From Albugo candida (taxonomy: Eukaryota): a stretch of 64,000 nt of DNA. The DNA lies in assembly GCA_040437565.1 (NCBI GenBank), contig JBDOQK010000007.1, positions 434,001 through 498,000 on the forward strand, written 5' to 3'. A program made the translations under genes and the position numbers. Of the stretch, positions 25,965 to 37,614 are shown one piece after another. Below the pieces are notes generated by a model. The model was not told the DNA's origin and ran no database searches. It worked only from the letters and a program-made list of their open reading frames with translations. How positions within the stretch are numbered: position 1 is the first letter of the stretch; every line of letters starts with the position of its first letter.

Positions 25965-27847
25965 TCTTCTGCTCCATGATTTGCCTGAGCGATAGATTGT
26001 GCCTTTCCGTGAATGCTTCTAGCGTCTGCAGAGTACGAGCGCAAGGTTGTATCATCAAATGTTGCCGCTTGTATCCAGAAATCAATTCAGCCTTCTTCAG
26101 AGGTCAAAGAGATTATGCGCACATTTTCTTGATTCTTTGATCGGATCTTCTCTCTGCATTTTTTATCGCTTGAGAAACGGTCTGGTGGAATCGAATCTCT
26201 ACATGATTTTTTGTATGGTAATAATTCACGTTCATTCAGCGCCACTTTCAATAGAAGCGTCATGTTATATTGTCACCTATGACTCTTTCCTTCAGAGACC
26301 ACCAGGTTCAAATAATCAATGTTAAAGTGATTGCCCAAAGAGAACTTGTGTTTCTTGATCGAAGTGATTATGCGCAATTCTTGCGTAATCACACTTGAAT
26401 CGCATCCACTTGAGAATGGGATGGAAACCGTTATCCTCGATGCAAACTTTTGATCCATGGACCTTGACACTATCATAATCACTTCGATCAAGAAACACAA
26501 GTTCTCTTTGGGCAATCGCTCTAACATTGATTCTGTGCGCCCGTCTTTATGCTTCCTCTGACGCTGATCCACTTTATCTGATATTTCCTATTTTACAGGC
26601 GGCCGTTGCCTTGAGCAAGTGTTCCAAATCTTTGGGGGTTGCATGTGTTGACAGATACAATTCCATATATTTCTTCAATTCTCAAATCACTCGGCTGGAA
26701 TTGGCTGCATCACTGTTCTGCTGGCTTCTTCAAGATGTGGCAGGTTATTTCTTTCCAATCACTGTTCGNNNNNNNNNNNNNNNNNNNNNNNNNNNNNNNN
26801 NNNNNNNNNNNNNNNNNNNNNNNNNNNNNNNNNNNNNNNNNNNNNNNNNNNNNNNNNNNNNNNNNNNNCCTACAACACTGAAATGAATGATGTGACAACA
26901 ATCAGATCTAGTGTATATAACCTGGGTTTCATTCGTTTACTTGAGCTCTCTGTTCTCCAACGCTGTCTTCCATAAACGTTACCAGTGGACGACGATCGTG
27001 CGTGCGTTTCCCTTGATGATTGAGCTGTTTCTTCTTAATCTTCAGTGACCCATTTTTTTCAGAAAATCGTTGCAATAGAGCCATGCCTGGGGAAGCAATG
27101 TCAGTCTTTGCAGAGCTGGTGTACACGCCACCGACGATCATGAATGTGTTGATTGAGTTAGGTGGGGTCGAAATGCTTTGAATCAGCCCCTGACTCTTTC
27201 AGCTTCTTTTTCCCATACAGTTTTTGAAAGTGTCGGTAAGATATAATCATAAACTTCTAAGTCATCCTATTTTTTGTCAGCTCGATCATGCATTTGTGCA
27301 AGATAAGTGCAATCCCCATTATAGTTTCGTGATTACCGTATAATTTCCCACGGTCAGAATCTGCAGATGACGCCTCTAACTGTTCAACCAACTGCCTATC
27401 TTTCAGGGGTTTATCATTGTATATTGGTCTGTAGAACGCATGATTTCCCATCGCTTCATCACATGAAAGTTGAGAAACACATAGGAAATATATAATCAGA
27501 GCGAGCAAGGATCTTCTACTCCATGATTTGCCTGAGCGATGGATTGTGCCTTTCCGTGAATGCTTTAGCGTCTGCAGAGTATGAGCGCAAGGTTGTATCA
27601 TCAAATGTTGCCGCCTGTAATCAGAAATCAATTCAGCCTTCTTCAGAGGTCAAAGAGATTATGCGCACATTTCCTTGATTCTTCGATCGGATCTTCTCTC
27701 TGCATTTTTTATCGCTTTGAGAAACGGTCTGGTGGAATCGAATATCTACATGATGTTTTGTATGGTAATAAATCAAGTTCATCCAGCGCCGCTTTCAATA
27801 GAAGTGTCATGTTATATTGTCACCTATGACTTTTTCCTTCAGAGAGC
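25965..27847. repeat. Composite repeat: ~330-bp direct repeat B (25965-26298, 27512-27847) enclosing inverted copies of repeats C and A
   Basis: Direct identity between the two B copies (ORFs 26047 and 27581 give near-identical translations); the inner parts match 16.1-16.6 kb and 11.3-12.76 kb in reverse complement. Confidence 0.88.
26314..26532. repeat. 59-bp inverted repeat (44-bp perfect core) with a 101-nt spacer
   Basis: 26329-26372 GATTGCCCAAAGAGAACTTGTGTTTCTTGATCGAAGTGATTATG is the exact reverse complement of 26474-26517; the arms extend 15 bp further with two mismatches. Confidence 0.92.
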
Positions 27848-29052
27848 TGTGCCTTTTCATCGAAGATGTCAAATATCTCTCTTTTCCAGATTACTTGTTA
27901 CTGACAAGGCTTGCAAACCGGTTGCCTATGCGACAGTTGGCTTGCTCTTCCTGCTGTAAATCGTTTTGTCCCCTTTCAAAGCCCATGGAAATTCAGTCCG
28001 TCTGACTTGAAGTATTTCACACCATGTTCAGCTCATATGATATGCACCCCGGAGCTATAATGTACCTTGTTGCTACAGCAGTTCGCACTGAATGCGTCTT
28101 GCTTTATTCTACATATTGGAGACTTGATTCGACGCAAGTATCACGACGTCGTAATATCGCTACTCAAATCGTAAGGTCCGCCTCGTAGCTCAAGAGGTCA
28201 TATACAGCGTTGTGCTAACTTTCGGATGCGGCACATACGTATTACCACTGAATTGTCGCCCGAACCTTGATCGCCGAGTTTTTACACAATTATATTCTGC
28301 GACTCTATACTTGAATTGGGAAAAATGGAGAATGTGTCGTAATCTGAAGACTGCCAGCAATTCAGATCACGACACATTCTCCATTTTTCCCAATTCAAGT
28401 ATAGAGTGCAGAATATAATTGTGTAATATAGTACCATACTGAAGCTTCGTCAAAAAGCACATGTCTTTCACACCGTTTTCGCATTTGACGCTCACTTCAC
28501 CTACCGCCGCCCATTTCTATGCGATAGAGAGCCCACGGTCGTCGATAAAAGTATTAGTGTACTCGATTATACTTCGATGCAACTGACGAGATCTCGTTTA
28601 GTGTTTTCTCACGTGCCACTGCATTCCTTGGGTCGACTCTTGCAATTTTTTCGATGCAATCGTTCGCGCATCAGCAGTGTGTTCGACCTTGTACTGTACC
28701 CTTGCGATGACCATGCGAAAGTAATAATCGCTGTTTGCACAGTGAGACGCTCCATACATAGAATTGTATATCCTGTATTCATAAGCAGCGCGTCGTTCCT
28801 TCTCATTTTTTGCCGCATCGATTACTTTCCTGGGAACATAAATCTTACATTGCGCTTGAAACACTGCAAGCCAACAGTTTGAGAAGTGAACAGCGTCTTG
28901 ATTCAGGTCAGCCAGAAAACTCGTTCTTGATGGTTTCATCCAGAAAAGTGAATCTCGACGAGTTGTCCTTCACATTATCTTCTGCCGAAGCGAAGGTCTT
29001 CGTGTCATGTGCCTGTCACTAGTCACTTTGCAGTGGGAAATGGCCTTCCCGA

Positions 29053-29191
29053 TATTGTGGCGATACACATCCCTGTTTATGTTCGCAAGAAATACATCGA
29101 GGTTTGATCTGCTGTTCGCTGACCTCGGACACGCAAGTCAAACCTCGATGTATTTCTTGCGAACATAAAAGTGATGTGTATCGCCACTATA
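29053..29191. repeat. Long hairpin: 15-bp and 32-bp perfect stems with a 30-nt inner loop; candidate ncRNA precursor or MITE
   Basis: GTGGCGATACACATC (29057-29071) pairs with 29173-29187, and TTTATGTTCGCAAGAAATACATCGAGGTTTGA (29076-29107) pairs with 29138-29169. Confidence 0.92.
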
Positions 29192-29320
29192 GTGTGTTTC
29201 CATGTCATATCTAATAATCACTACAATAGATCAAGTAGATTGGCTCCCCTTAAAGTACAATAGTAACGAAACACGCAAGATACATGATAAGTACCCTTAC
29301 TCCATCAAATACGAATACAG

Positions 29321-29480
29321 CATGGGCTATTGATTCTCTGCTGATTTATTCCGACGAGTAAAAAAGGGTATATCTGGCATCATTACTTGAAGAGCGAGCG
29401 CATGGGCTATTGATTCTCTGCTGATTTAATCCGACGAGTAAAAAAGGGTATATCTGGCATCATTACTTGAAGAGCGAGCG
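29321..29480. repeat. Tandem duplication, 2 x 80 bp
   Basis: 29321-29400 equals 29401-29480 apart from one substitution; no gap nearby. Confidence 0.95.
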
Positions 29481-32400
29481 CAATAAACATATGTAATACT
29501 TCATGCTGAGGATGTCATGCGTCTGTAGTGCATACGGGACTGCAATCCTATATACACGGTGAGCAAAATACAATAATTTGATTATTGATACGGCTTTGCT
29601 ACTTTCTTTCCACGTACTATAAGCTCCGTCATCACAGCATAGACTTTAAAAGAATCTAGCACAATTTGAAAAGAGTAGTAGCAGATGGGGATGAAGCGTT
29701 GCTGGTAATTGCAATAATCCAACCTTTCACTTTCAAATCCTTTTGGCATGGAATGATCAGACGTGCAGTCTAGTAATCTTGGAGTGAAGCAGAGATAGCT
29801 ATTGCAATATCGTCAGCGGTTGATTGTCTTTGAAATCGCATCGTTGATGCGTCGTGATGAGAAGTTTTTTCCTCCACTTGTCGCTGCTAAGAAATGACGA
29901 TGAGTACTAAAATGACACCAGTTCAGGTAATAATGCGGTGGATTCTTACGGCTGTTCTCTCTGATTCGTTTATTGAGTTACTTTGTGATGCTATTGTAGA
30001 GCGTAACGTATTCAATTCCTCTTCCTTTCTTCTGGTTTCCTGTTCGGCCTGTGTGAGCTCCAGAAATATCCGCTCGCACGAGAAGTCATAATCAAAAAGC
30101 TCCTGCAATAAATCACACGGGATAAGTTTTCACATCCAATAGTGCGTTTGATGGTCAAGTTGTACAGCATTCAAGGACAAAGTGTCGTTCCATACTATTT
30201 CTTCGGGAGCTGGAATAATTTCACTGGTCAATTTTGTTTCTGCATACTATTTAACAAAATTAGTGCATTAGCTTCACCTCCTGCAGCATCACAAGCAGTT
30301 TCTTCATACTTTCATCAATGACTTGAGTGGATCCGTCGTCGGTGAGAGCGGCCTTGTTGTCATCGTTTCAAAACCGGGATTTAGTTGTACAAATATACTA
30401 GTTTGATCGCGATCGGTTAAAATCAAAAAGTAATAAAGATTCTCATAAATTACACAGAATATCAACCTAATTCTGTAAATACGTCTAATTGTAGCGGCAA
30501 TAGCTCTCATTATAATGCAGACTACCCATGGACTTGGAATTTAACATCTTGAAACCCATTTGATGACATGGGAAGTTGTGTATGTGAGAATCGAGTATCC
30601 TCTCGCAAGTGGTCAATTAGCGACACTTGTGACACAATACTCGTTCCACACATACGGAAGCTAAACTTTGACGTAATGTAAAAAAATCCAAGCAACAGAT
30701 CAGTCAACAGTGCTTGATAAAAGCTTAGCAAGGCATCTGTCCTTTTAGAAATAGCCCATTGCAAGTGCATCGTCGCATATGAACACGCCAACTGGATGCT
30801 TCAGGATTTGCGATGCAAGCGATAAGTTCTAGCATTCGTGAGAGCATGGCGTATCGGCAAAAGTGTAAATCACAGCAGCGGTGCAAAAATCACTACAGTA
30901 TAACTACGTGTATCCATCAATTTGACAAGATTGAGTGATGTTTACGCTTGGCACTGGTCACTCGACTCCCAAGAGCCTAGTCTCTTCATTTCAAGTATCC
31001 ATATATATATTTAAATTCATGAAGCTTCTTGTACTTGGTGGTAGCTAGCCAGTATGAAACTTCAGACGACGGAGTCAGAAAGTGAGGATGGAGCGTAGAT
31101 CGAAGTTTGGTTGCTGAACAGGTATACTCCAAGTCAAGATCCAAATGCCGGGGGCTGATACGTGTGGAACTTGAACAATGGAGTGTTTCATGAAGATCAG
31201 TCGAAGGATAGGAAAAACTGCATCCATCCTTGTATTTTGGTGCGTAAGACTCATAAAAACGAACGCATGAATACAGCGCAAAGGAAAGCTATCGCAGTGT
31301 TACTGCCAGTTTAACTTGACACACTCTTATTCGTTTAGTCGTGAGAATTTCAGTGTTTGTGCAATTATGGACTTCACGATACCGTCCGCGCTAAGCCAAC
31401 CTGTTGCCACCCAAAGGGCTTATTATCTTGCCGTCTCTTTTACTACTTCGCTAAAATACTAAGAGAAGTGAAGAAAAAACCCACCAACACGAGCCTTTTG
31501 ATAGCCAAGCGATACCGAAATCTCGATCCTCTCATAAATGAGTAATGATATGTCCACATTTGCCATTCTGTAATTCCAGGCATCCAGTTACTGACACAAA
31601 TTCAGATTTCTTCTTCCTGCCAGTTCAGAAAGATGTGACTTATTGGTTGAAGTCCGATATATGTGATCACTGATTGGACTTGTTCATGCGCCTTCATCCC
31701 ATCTGTGATCCACGTAGCTGGACTCTGATTGCGTTACATGTATACCTGTATACCTGCATGTCACTTATGGTGTGGCTCCAGCGTCAGCGACCAATTATGC
31801 ACTCGTTTTGAATGTTGTGCAACAATTCATTGAGCGAGAAATCATCATTGCAACGAACGTATAGAAAATGAAGAATAGTCCATCCAGAGCTCACAATTGT
31901 TGCTCGTTGTGCGTGCATTAGACGCTGGCCGTATCAGACTTCAAGAAACCAAATAATACGATTGTAACATCTCTTTCGAAGAAAGCGAATGGCCTCACGC
32001 AGTCAGACGCAGAAAATGTGAATTGCTGTCAATGAGAGATTGACGGGCAGGCATTACCGATCATCAAGCTAATAAATGGAAGAAGCTTTAGGGATCAAGA
32101 ATTGTTTAGCTAGTTGATCCTATTACAAACAACTAGGTCTCCCAGCTAATCCTCAAACAAATCGATTACGATCTTTCGGTTCTCACGTCCACCCTTTTCC
32201 TTTTGTCCTCAGAGCGGCGATGAACACTGCCCGCATAAAGCGTGTCGTGCTTATATGTAACAGCGCCCCAATCGTGTTCGAGACTGTGATTGCACTCTAC
32301 CTCATGGCATTGTGCTCACTACCGTCCCAATCGTTTGTGATCCAGGTAAACACGTGGTCTTGTCAGCACAGGCTTTGCCAACTAATTCAATAAAAAGATG

Positions 32401-35400
32401 ACCACTTCCATTCGAGCCACGCCATTAACCATTCGAGACTGTACTAGCCATCCTTTCATTCGACACGATCGTGACTACCTCTACTCTTCAAACGAATTCT
32501 TTTTCCCATGACCATGGTAGAGAGGTTGAATTTCGACTGGGTGAGGGTCCGTGCTACCTAGTTGCGGCTAAACTTCGACAGCGTGTTGAAACGAATGCTT
32601 GCCTCTGTTTTATACTCGCAGTCTTTCCCCGTTGCCACCGATTGATGGACTTCGTCATCATCGTGATCCAAATGAAGCGGTGCGCAATACTCGGGATGCA
32701 CTCCCACCGATGATCCGTCCGAGAAGCGTAAGCAGAAACATCATCCGATGTGTGCGACAGCAAAGGGCAACGCGACAAGATTGCGTGGTCTACTTCCTCC
32801 ACCCGTCACCAGCTGTAACACGATGATACGCATCCTGTCTGTCCAGCGACGCTTGTCTCAGCCAACAAGCCTGACGAGCCTTTGTTACTTGCTTGGTTTT
32901 ACTAAATTTCACCATTGCGTCTTCAAGCTTACTTGTCGCGTCATCATGTCTTACCGCATGCGACACAGACCTTCCTAGAAGTGTGTGCATCGGAACCCAT
33001 CAGCTATCTACGAGGTAAAGTCTGACTGCCTTGTGTTCGGCGTTCTGCTCCTTCCCTGTAAGAGCTGATGAGCTGTTGTCGCTGGATATCTTGTATTCGG
33101 TAAGGCAATTCCAGGAAGAATGCCTTGTAACTTCGACAACTGCGTTGAACAGTGTAGGTATCTTTGTCGCTCATATATGGTGACGCTGGAATCGTGTATG
33201 CAACGCCAGCTCATACGTGAACAGAAAACAGTCTTCACACTGGCTAGATGGACGCACGGGATCCCAGAATGCTTCCTTTTTATGCCAACGTCAATTGATT
33301 TCGGATTTCGACTGTGGCTGACTTGATCGAGGTGTGACTCCGTACGCGGCCGCTTCTGAAAGGCTTTACCATCGATAGTGAGACGGGTATATACGTCATG
33401 CGCTTCTTGGTATTCTTGCATCTTCTACTTCAGTACGAATATTTTAGTTAGTGAGATAACCATCAAAATTGAAGCAAATGAAGACGCGTTTAACATTGGT
33501 GTCGGATTAAAAGGTGGTGAAAGGAAGGTGAATTGTGAACATTAGACTCAGAAATTTCGTAATCAATCCGATTGATTATCAACTGACAAGACCTAGTTAC
33601 TTGTAATAAGTAAAATCTGGTTGCGTAAGTTTGCAAATCTACAAGATCCTACTACAAAAATTAATGGTTCAGACCCGAAGGCCAAGCTTATGCGTAGACT
33701 GTACGGATTCAAATACGATGCTTGTTCAATGATGATGCCACGATGATCCTTGTATTACGCATGGCGTTGATCTTTTTATCTCTTTATTTCTTCAATGAAA
33801 CTTGTATTTATTTGCGGCCATCATGGTTGGGCATACGGAGGAGCTCCATGGTGAATCAATAAAAACAATAGGCCCGAGCTGCGCACCAGTTTAGACTCCC
33901 ATGAAACTACTAAGTAACCTAGAATCCGTGTTTATGTTGCTAACGATTCCTATTCAAACGTTTATCGGAGATGTTTCTCTCAGTGGTCGCTTCCTTCATA
34001 TTCAACAAATGAGCCATGTATCACTTGGAAACAATAAGAATTCAGAACTAGAACAGATTTGTGATTGCCAATAGGAAGTACATCGGTACACTGCGGGCTC
34101 AACATCTGCTTATGTAGGAGAGCGTAAAATCGATTGACCACATCTCCAACCCGTTCTGCGGTCCATATCAACCCACAAATTATACTCCATTTCGTTGACC
34201 GATTGAGTGCATGTGGAGAATTGAAGTTAATTGGGCTCGATTGCATCGCTTGTCTGTCGGTCAAATGACGCCACATACTCATTACAGAGATATCTCTTTC
34301 TCGACAAATTGCAATAGAAGCAGAAGAGGATTCTATAGGGACCTGTTGTGTCAGCCTTTTTATTTTTTGAATTTGTATCATGTGCCCGAATGGCTCGAGA
34401 GTAATGCTTTAACAGAAAGTCTTAAGTCCTTTGGCTTAGGACCTCAGACGGACATATTCTGGTAGATTTTGATTGTTCAGGCTAAAAGTTAAGCTCTCTG
34501 ACTGAAGATCTTTATTTGTATTAGTGATCTCACCATGAAGATAAAAAATGCAAGTTTAGCCACCACAACTGAAACATCACAGAAGTCAGCCTCATCATCG
34601 AGTGGGGCTCGTGACCTGGAAAGAAAGACATAGCACTCTTCATTCGACACATTCAGATGTTGGAGAAGGATGCATAATGTATGAACAGTTACCAGAAGGA
34701 TCGTGTAAAAAGATTCGCAAGGTCGACTTGCGCGAATTGAACAGCGAAGCTAGATTTGGAAGCTTAGTGCTCGCGACATACAGCGACCTATAACTTGATT
34801 CACAAGGAGCATTGCAAATCAGGCATGAAGCCCAGCCTAGGCTCATCCACCATTGGACAAGGATTATCTGAAAAAATTCATCGGATCTGATAGAGCTTGA
34901 TTTGGTTTGTCTGACTTTAATCGCGATGAGGGAAGTGGCTAATTATGTCTATGTGTACCATAATAGTAATTGGGGCCTAAAGTAGTGGACGATGCCTTAC
35001 TCGAAGAAGCAAGTGCGGTGCACCTGGAAGGATCAACATGTTATATGTCTCATTTCATCCAGTTTCCCAACAATTAGCGATCCAGTTTTGGTAGCTAGGT
35101 GTCACGTTGCCAACTCTCCTTTGCCCTTCTTTTTTTGGAACACCAGAGCTGGGCCAGTGCATGGTTAGAATGATATACTAAGGCCCATGTTTGGTAACTT
35201 GTTCTACTCGAACTACGATTGTAAAAATTGTTTTCTATCTCTTTTTACAGCCCCATTCGACAAGATCAACAAGGATTTGTACGAGTGATAAGATCGTGCA
35301 AGTGGCTTGGGTTTGCATCTNNNNNNNNNNNNNNNNNNNNNNNNNNNNNNNNNNNNNNNNNNNNNNNNNNNNNNNNNNNNNNNNNNNNNNNNNNNNNNNN

Positions 35401-35756
35401 NNNNNNNNNNNNNNNNNNNNAAGGCCCATGTTTGGTAACTTGTTCTACTCGAACTACGATTGTAAAAATTGTTTTCTATCTCTTTTCACAGCCCCATTCG
35501 ACAAGATCAACAAGGATTTGTACGAGTGATAAGATCGTGCAAGTGGCTTGGGTTTGCATCTAGAGTTACACGAGACAGTAGATGCTATTTATGCTTGCTT
35601 GGCGCAATTCCACTTACTCGCAAATATTCCATTGGACAAGCAAAAGAAATAAATGTTTTGTTTAAAATTCAAGTACATATTCGCAGTAAGCTATATGTCC
35701 GACCGAATACATTGGGTCGAAATAAGGTCGGTAATAGCAGTCGTGCACGCTCGCAA

Positions 35757-37556
35757 TCAACTCCCTCTGCTCCGATACGGCCAGGCTGTTTTCGCATCAG
35801 CCCATACTTCGAGACTTTCGAACTTGACATTTCCATTGGAAACGACAGAAATGCTATCCGACGGAGATAAGGTTTCACAGGGGTAAATCCTCGTGGATAG
35901 TGCCAAACGATCATTTACAAATACTTCCACCACAGACTTGTCAACGAAAATATTGAATCTTACAGCTTCAAACTTGACGGTACACTGGCCATTAACGTTA
36001 TTGACAATCTTGTGCGCCTCGAAGTATGCTTGGTGGGGAGTCGTGGCGGGTCTGTGGTCTGGGGTAGCCTCAGGACAAGTCATATCACAGCTGTTAGTGC
36101 GATCAATGATCACCATATGGCTGCTGTGATTGTAGATTATTTTCGTAAACTCGGCGCCAGCCATGCTTAGTCGAACTTTGAAGCCAAATTCTGCATTATC
36201 ATCAAACTCAGTCACCACTGCAAGAATCTCGAAAGAGTTGCCTTTTATTGGAAGAACTTGCTCAACCCCTTTGATCAATTGAAGCTCCGACATGTTGAGC
36301 TTATTCGACCCGCGTAATTTCCGCAATTCTGGCCAAGGAGCAATTTTCAGAGTTTTGATTGTGCTAATCTTAAATGACTGCCCTCCACAGTTCAGATTCT
36401 CCTGCTTGGTCACAATATGGGATGATTTAGCTGATAAACGACTCTGCGGATCATAGATTTTCGTGATTGTAATGATGTCAAGTACGCGACTTAGTGCATG
36501 CATTCCATTCCAGCCTTGAAGTTGGGCTTCTCTTCCGTTATCCTCGATAATCCATGCAAAGGCTATATGTTTGTCACTTTTTGGATCTTTGAAAATAGTG
36601 CTTGCGTACCAAATACCGTTATCGGCAATTCCAACCATCTTGGGATTGAACGCTACCTTACCACCTTCATTCTCGAAAGAACCTGCCAACCAAAGTACGG
36701 AATGCAAGTCACCTTTTTCTATGCATAGAAGCATAACATCGAATATGCTTCCTTCTTCATCTACGAGCTCCACGATACTTGTCATTTCGAAATTGTCTCC
36801 GAAATTTCCAGTTACAGCTTCTTCACCAAATGAACTACGTGGTAGTGCCGAAAAGATTAGACCTTGATAGTTCAAAGACGAAAGACTGGATCCACTGTAG
36901 AAGAAAACGGCTGGACCTTTCCCTCTGATTCCTCCTGCAAGAATCATGTGTAGTTGCGGCTTATCGGAATGACCAAGGGCGATATCTAACGAACGAGATT
37001 GTATGAAATAAGGATCGCGCCAACCAGTAACATTATAATCACTCGGAGAGTATAGGATCAGTGGTTCTTTGTACTTTTGCCAAGTGAGACCATTATCATG
37101 AGTCGTAGCTGCCATAACATGTTCGCAATGTGAATATGCAATTTTATGACTGATTGGTAAGCAACTGGCCCCAGTGTATATAAGGACAATTTCACTGACT
37201 CCATTCTTGTCAGTCATGATTGCCTGCCCCGAAAATACACCCTTTTTATCATATTCGCTATCGGGTGACAGCGCGATTGGAGCATCCACCCATTCCACAA
37301 GATTCTTTGATGTAGCTTGACCCCAACTCATATTACCCCATGACGTACCAAAAGGATTAAACTGATAAAACATGTGATACTCATTCGTTTTAGCGTTCCA
37401 ATGTATCCCGCAAGGATCATTCATCCATTTGCTTTCAGCAATAAAGTGGAAGGCTGGTCGATATTTAAAGAACAGTTGACTCAAGTCCGACTCTTTTGCA
37501 TGTAATGGCTGGTTGTTCAGCCACAAGTTTGCTAAAGTCAAAGCAAGATACTTCAT
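35757..37556 (-). CDS. Secreted GH32 beta-fructofuranosidase (invertase), intronless
   Basis: Signal-like MKYLALTLANLW..., RPAFHF, WMNDPCG (nucleophile Asp), FSGQA, WRDPY, NFEM (acid/base Glu) and a C-terminal beta-sandwich IFVDKSVVEVFVNDRLALSTRIYP. Confidence 0.95.
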   Translation of the reverse strand: MKYLALTLANLWLNNQPLHAKESDLSQLFFKYRPAFHFIAESKWMNDPCGIHWNAKTNEYHMFYQFNPFGTSWGNMSWGQATSKNLVEWVDAPIALSPDSEYDKKGVFSGQAIMTDKNGVSEIVLIYTGASCLPISHKIAYSHCEHVMAATTHDNGLTWQKYKEPLILYSPSDYNVTGWRDPYFIQSRSLDIALGHSDKPQLHMILAGGIRGKGPAVFFYSGSSLSSLNYQGLIFSALPRSSFGEEAVTGNFGDNFEMTSIVELVDEEGSIFDVMLLCIEKGDLHSVLWLAGSFENEGGKVAFNPKMVGIADNGIWYASTIFKDPKSDKHIAFAWIIEDNGREAQLQGWNGMHALSRVLDIITITKIYDPQSRLSAKSSHIVTKQENLNCGGQSFKISTIKTLKIAPWPELRKLRGSNKLNMSELQLIKGVEQVLPIKGNSFEILAVVTEFDDNAEFGFKVRLSMAGAEFTKIIYNHSSHMVIIDRTNSCDMTCPEATPDHRPATTPHQAYFEAHKIVNNVNGQCTVKFEAVRFNIFVDKSVVEVFVNDRLALSTRIYPCETLSPSDSISVVSNGNVKFESLEVWADAKTAWPYRSRGS

Positions 37557-37600
37557 CCTGTCAAGTATTTTCAATTGTGTTCCTTTTTACTTGGAGCCGT

Positions 37601-37614
37601 AGATTCGGAAGTGA
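37601..37614 (-). promoter_or_regulatory. Possible oomycete initiator (INR/FPR)-like element upstream of the invertase
   Basis: Minus strand TCACTTCCGAATCT about 45 nt upstream of the ATG; partial match to TCATTYYNCAWTTT. Confidence 0.3.

Noticed and set aside
29321..29480. CRISPR-like interpretation of the repeats
   Set aside because: No spacers, only two contiguous units, eukaryotic context and no cas genes.
31000..33450. Possible retrotransposon remnant
   Set aside because: No reverse transcriptase, integrase, gag or transposase motif could be read in the frames I examined.
35199..35561. ~140-bp direct repeat around gap 35321-35420
   Set aside because: Gap-flanking overlap with a single difference; most likely allelic or an artefact.
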